Source of the DNA: the human T2T-CHM13v2.0 reference genome, Homo sapiens
Strand: one strand, 5' to 3'
DNA: 64,000 nt
Assembly (NCBI RefSeq): GCF_009914755.1
Contig: NC_060930.1
How positions within the stretch are numbered: the stretch's first letter is position 1; each line of letters starts with the position of its first letter. A program made the translations under genes and the position numbers. Of this stretch, positions 58,927-64,000 are shown one piece after another. Under the pieces are notes generated by a model that saw only the letters and a list, made by a program, of their open reading frames with translations, was not told the origin of the DNA and did no database searches.

Positions 58927-60451
58927 TGTCGCAAGATCCTTCGGGTGTCACTTCACCAGCCAGACACCTCTGTGGCCAGTAAAGCCTCTGCTTGAGATTT
59001 GCTGGCACCTGCTATGCTTGCTCCGCCCACCCAGCCCAGCAGGCTTCACTCATCTCACGCTGCCAGCCCAGATCCCACACCTGCCAAGGCTGAGCCAGGT
59101 GCAGAGTGGTGAGGAGTGCGTGCGTGAAAGAGTGCAGGGTCCAGCCACTGCATACAGGCAGGCATGCCAGCTACTGCTACTGCAGTGGGGCAGGCAGCTC
59201 CAGGCGCTGGCACAGGTGCGAGTTTGTGTGAGGCTAAAGCTGGACCAGACATACAACATGCCACAAGCAGTCTCTGCTGCAGGCACCAGCATCCAGAGGA
59301 GGAGAACGCAGTGGCAACTGAGAGCTCAAAGATGCCAGGAACTGCGGAGCCCCAAAGAGGGTGTTACAACATGTCACAGCCCTGGCTTGTGGAGCTCTGA
59401 GGTCTGGGCTCCCAGAACTGCCACTCTTTACTCTTACAGTCTGGGAGTGCATCACCACCTGCAGCTCAGCAAGCCAGCCAGGAACATGTTACAGCTCCTT
59501 TCACTCCCGAGGTTTGGTGGGTCCTGAGTTCTTTTCCTGAATCCAAGAAGGATGAGGTTACACTGACAACTGGAGGGTTAGCAAAAGGCAGAGAGGAGTT
59601 TTATTGAGTGACAGAATAGCTCTCAGGAGACCCAAAATGGGTCCTTTCCACAGACAGGTCTTTGTGTAGAGGAGACCCGAAGTGGGTAGCTCCTATCTGC
59701 AGGGAGGTCATCAGGAAGAGTGTCTGAATCTGGCTGAGTCCTGGGGTTTTTATGAGCTCACAAGGGAGGAAATCCATGCTGATTGGTTCATGGGTGGCCA
59801 TGGGAGGACCTGGAAAAAGTACCATAAGTTCTCACTCTGGTCACAGACTCCACCCAGAACTGGCATCCGAGCCCCCAGGCTTCAGGCTGTCCATTGCTCT
59901 TGCTTGAAGGTGGGGTTTCACTGGGGACCTTCTTTCCTGCCTAGAAACCTGTCTGCCTCCTACTGCCATCAACATGCCATCCAGCGTGCCCAGGCTGTCT
60001 GTGCCAAGGGGCAACTGCAGGCCAGCACCAAGCTGACCTCAGACACCTGGCCTCCCTCCCAAGCTCACCAGCACCCAAAGCCTGGAGGGGGTCAAGGCGG
60101 TAGTAGGGGTGGTGTGTCAGTGCAGCCTTGAGTGTGTGCACAGCAGGCTGGCTTATGACGGTGCCTGGGCTTGGCCACAACTTTGCTCTGCACTGGAGCA
60201 GGCATTGGGAGTGCGGAGAGGCCAGAGACCAGGAGCAGGCACTTACGAACCTGCAGGGGCAGGGGGTTTCCCAGGATCCCAAGAGCACAAGGATATCTGG
60301 GTCAGGAGCCACAGCTGGGTGGCTGCCGCTGCACCTGGGAACACTGGGCAGCCCCTGCCAGCTCCACAGATTGCACATCCCCAGTCAAGCCTCCTCCACT
60401 GCAGCTGGCTTCCATGTAGTAGCTGTTCCAGATGGGCCACCACTGCCACCA
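58927..60451 (-). mobile_element. MER52 (MER52A-like) ERV1 solo LTR, ~1.5 kb, GC-rich
   Basis: Ends tgtcgcaagatccttcgggtgtcacttcaccagcc and ccagatgggccaccactgccacca match MER52 termini; 4-bp TSD ACAA at 58923-58926 and 60452-60455. Confidence 0.88.
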
Positions 60452-60895
60452 ACAAGATGAACAACAAGAATACAGCAAGAAACACAACTTCGGATATAGC
60501 AAAAAGAAAAATGGGACTGAAAGAAATTACCTTTCTACTTGACCCCAAGATGCACTGTCATGTCATTTATTCTGCAAATGCATCAGCCTGGCCTATGTCT
60601 GGAGAACACACAGAGGATAATTCTAACAATGTCAAATCTAGGTAAGTTCTACACTGTTTTGCTCCGTAACTCCAGAAAAGTCACAACCTCACCATATCCT
60701 AGTATCCTTAATTATAATGAGAGAGTTTGATGAAATGGAAGATTTTAAACAATCTCCCACTTTTAATAATATCACAGTCCTTTAAAATCTGTTTAGAAAC
60801 ATCAAAGTTAATATTATACAAAATCCATAAAACATGAAATAGAATAAAGAGAGAAGCTATAATAAATAAAAACCTAAGGAAAATAAATAAAAGCA

Positions 60896-61227
<332 letters not shown>

Positions 61228-62019
61228 TTTTTTTTGGCTACTCCCAATAGATTTTGCATGTAACTACTGGTTGTTTTTCTGCAGGTACAGAAATGATTGC
61301 CACATATTCACTCCCCAAGATTAGGCTGTAAGGTTTTTCATGGGCATAAATATAATTTTTCATCTTTGCGTCTTAATAACCAAACCCAAACAGGAATAAC
61401 TCAATCTCAGTTAACTATTAATAAAGTAAGAAGAAATACTATGTTTTTACTATAGTTTACATCATCAAATAAAGTATACAGTTGAGCGATCTTCTGAATA
61501 ATTATCATTTAAATACCATGTTTAATTATTTCATTAAATGTATCTCTGATATTTTGATACACTAATAATATAGTTATAAAACTTTTCCAATAAAGTTGTC
61601 CAATTTTTGAATTTATGGTACTGAAAATTACTTTATAGCTAATTTTTGTTGTATATTTTAGCTTGTACCTTTCAAGCAGCATTAATTTAGAATTTACAGT
61701 CCTTTGAATTTTAAAAATTAGTTCAAAGATTTTTATTGCAGTCTTACTTAAAATACTTTCTAGTTTCTTTAAAATATTTCAAACACTTTGAAGACATTTT
61801 TTTCAAATGATATTAAAGAATGTATTTCAGTTTTAGTTTATGTTTTGTCAAATATTTATAATGATCAATGATCATATCCTACATTATATCTATTACTCAA
61901 AACATTGACAAACTATAATCTGCATTTACTAATATACTAAGATGCTAATATTCATTCATTCATACTAAGCTATGTCAATCACTATAATACTTGTAATAAT
62001 AATATTTATACTTATATTT

Positions 62020-62230
62020 ACATTATAAAATATAATTATAATATATTATAATTATATAAAATTATTATATATAATATATAACATATAACATATTATTAAT
62101 ATAACATATAATAATATATAATATATTATTAATATAACATATATGTTATATATTGTATATAATATAACATAAAATAATACATTATTATATATTGTATATA
62201 ATATATAACATAATTATATAATAACAATAT
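62020..62230. repeat. AT-rich low-complexity tract with perfect palindromes
   Basis: Nearly pure A/T; palindromes at 62030-62057 and 62132-62151. Confidence 0.9.
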
Positions 62231-64000
62231 TCAAAACTTGTATATATTGCAGGACACAAATAAAGGTGTTAGACTGTTCTTGGTGTCCATTATTTTGTAA
62301 CTTTCACTTCAAAAATACGTGTGTGTATGTGGTGTACGTGTGTGTATTTAAGCAAGACTTTTACTCATTGTATAGAAAATATTGTTCAACATGCACTGAA
62401 ATGATGGCATGCATCTCTGCCATCCAAAGGCAGACATAATTCTGCATGTCTTTCACATATTTTATTCTTTCTGAAGAATCTAAAAGCACACAACTTTTAA
62501 GTTAAAGCATATTAAATGGATATATATAATGAATATGCGTAATATAATGAATATACAAAGTACAACATTTACATTAAAGAGTATAAAGTGAGTATGTATA
62601 TTATTATATATACTGGTCCCATACACAGTATCTTCTTATTCTATGGGTACATCCATGTCATTATATTTTTTAAAGCTTTCCAGTTGTTGTAAGTTGCAGA
62701 GAGATTTGACAACCAATGGTCTAGCCATAATCTTCAAGCCTGAAGATTTTTTTTTAAAGACCTATTGGTACTTTGTTATTTTTTCATCATCTCTTATTTT
62801 GATTGTTGCTACCTTGGATAATTCACAGATATTCTCAGATTAAAAGTTGTTTGCTCTTGAATTTACTCTGTATCTTGCGGACAATACTAATGAAAATGTG
62901 ATTGGAAAGACCCAGAGCATCAATGTTATCTCCTGCCAAGGCTGACAATCAACTTTGCCCCCAGTGGCATTTATTTTTCTACAGGCAAGTTGGGACCCAC
63001 ATCTTAGACTGCCATCCATAGGCAGAGATAATTTAAAACTCCATGTTGGATATTTTCATGTAAGCTCTCCTATTAACATTACACTCTATAACACAAAATT
63101 GGCTTAGGCAAACACTTTCCATTAACCAAACCTAAACCTTTAATGCTCCCAATTAGCTGAAGAGACTTCTTGAGTCACCATTTACTTCTCTCTCAAGGGT
63201 CCCTCTATTAGTTCTATTTCTCAAATATTTATAGTGCAGTCCCCCTTTTCTATTTCATTTGTCATTGAATTCAGACCCTCATTATCTCTTACATTTTTTG
63301 TTGACCTAATTGTTAACTCCCAGGTGTATCACATTCGTGTGTCTCATTTTGCTTTTCTAATGGGTAATGGTATGTATTAAATGGTATCTTTTAGATATAT
63401 TCAAAAGGTAATGTAACAGTTTTATTTTTAAGTGTCAACATGTACAATGTTTTAGAAATTACCACCTTTGAAATATTTAAACTAATAAATATTAGATGGC
63501 ATCTTAAAAATATGTAGGGCTGTCAACGGTTTTTCAAAATACTTTTGGGGGTTAGAAATGCAAAAGCAATGAAAACCACTACTCTACTTCTATTACAAAT
63601 CTTTTAAGATACATGTTATTATAACCTTGAAAGTGCTGATTCATACCATGAATATTATTTAGTTAATATTAATAAGCAGAATTTTATATAACATTTAATA
63701 TTTTTATCAGAAAGTAATTTTCTAAATTAAATGGTTATAAAAATACAGTATTTTAATGTAAATATTTTACAATATCCTAATTTCTCCACCAACTTTTTCA
63801 TTGTAAAATTTTTTGTATATTATATAAACATGCTATATATGTATATAATAATTTTTGTATATAATAATTACAGAAAATTACCATATACACCATATACACA
63901 TATAGCATGCATGTTTAGTAAAGACAAGAAAAAATTAGCCTACTATCTGACTACTATATTTCCTCTGGAAGAAGCTATGTTTGTTCAAGAGGCAATTTGA

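Noticed and set aside
59018-60645. Cluster of long overlapping ORFs (up to 178 aa) as a protein-coding gene
   Set aside because: They lie wholly or mostly within the GC-rich MER52 LTR, where stops are rare in all frames; no recognisable domain

Overview
AT-rich primate (most likely human) intergenic or deep-intronic DNA dominated by interspersed repeats. I find no protein-coding exon, RNA gene, CRISPR array or intact transposon ORF. The recognisable ORFs in the track come from L1 ORF2, ERV-L pol, Alu or MER52/MaLR LTR sequence; the rest look like chance ORFs in AT-rich DNA. Main contents: a decayed ~6.6 kb minus-strand L1M relic, a 3.4 kb 5'-truncated L1PA3-type copy with a dead ORF2, short L1PA 3' ends, about a dozen Alu/FLAM copies (several with clear TSDs), two oppositely oriented ERV-L pol relics, MaLR solo LTRs (THE1, MST, MLT1), MLT2, a 1.5 kb MER52 LTR, DNA-transposon MITEs (MER6B, MER1B, MER58A, MER115, MER33), MIR/L2 relics and microsatellites. 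I do not see a new biological system. The most notable observations are local repair or retrotransposition scars: a doubly truncated L1 fragment fused to a decapitated MLT1A0, a 55-bp orphan poly(A) insertion with a 14-bp TSD inside a MIR, a perfect 28-bp fold-back inverted repeat, a micro-inversion in an old L1, and intact DUX4-type motifs in MaLR LTRs. Subfamily names come from recalled consensus features and need RepeatMasker/Dfam confirmation. Boundaries of old elements are approximate.
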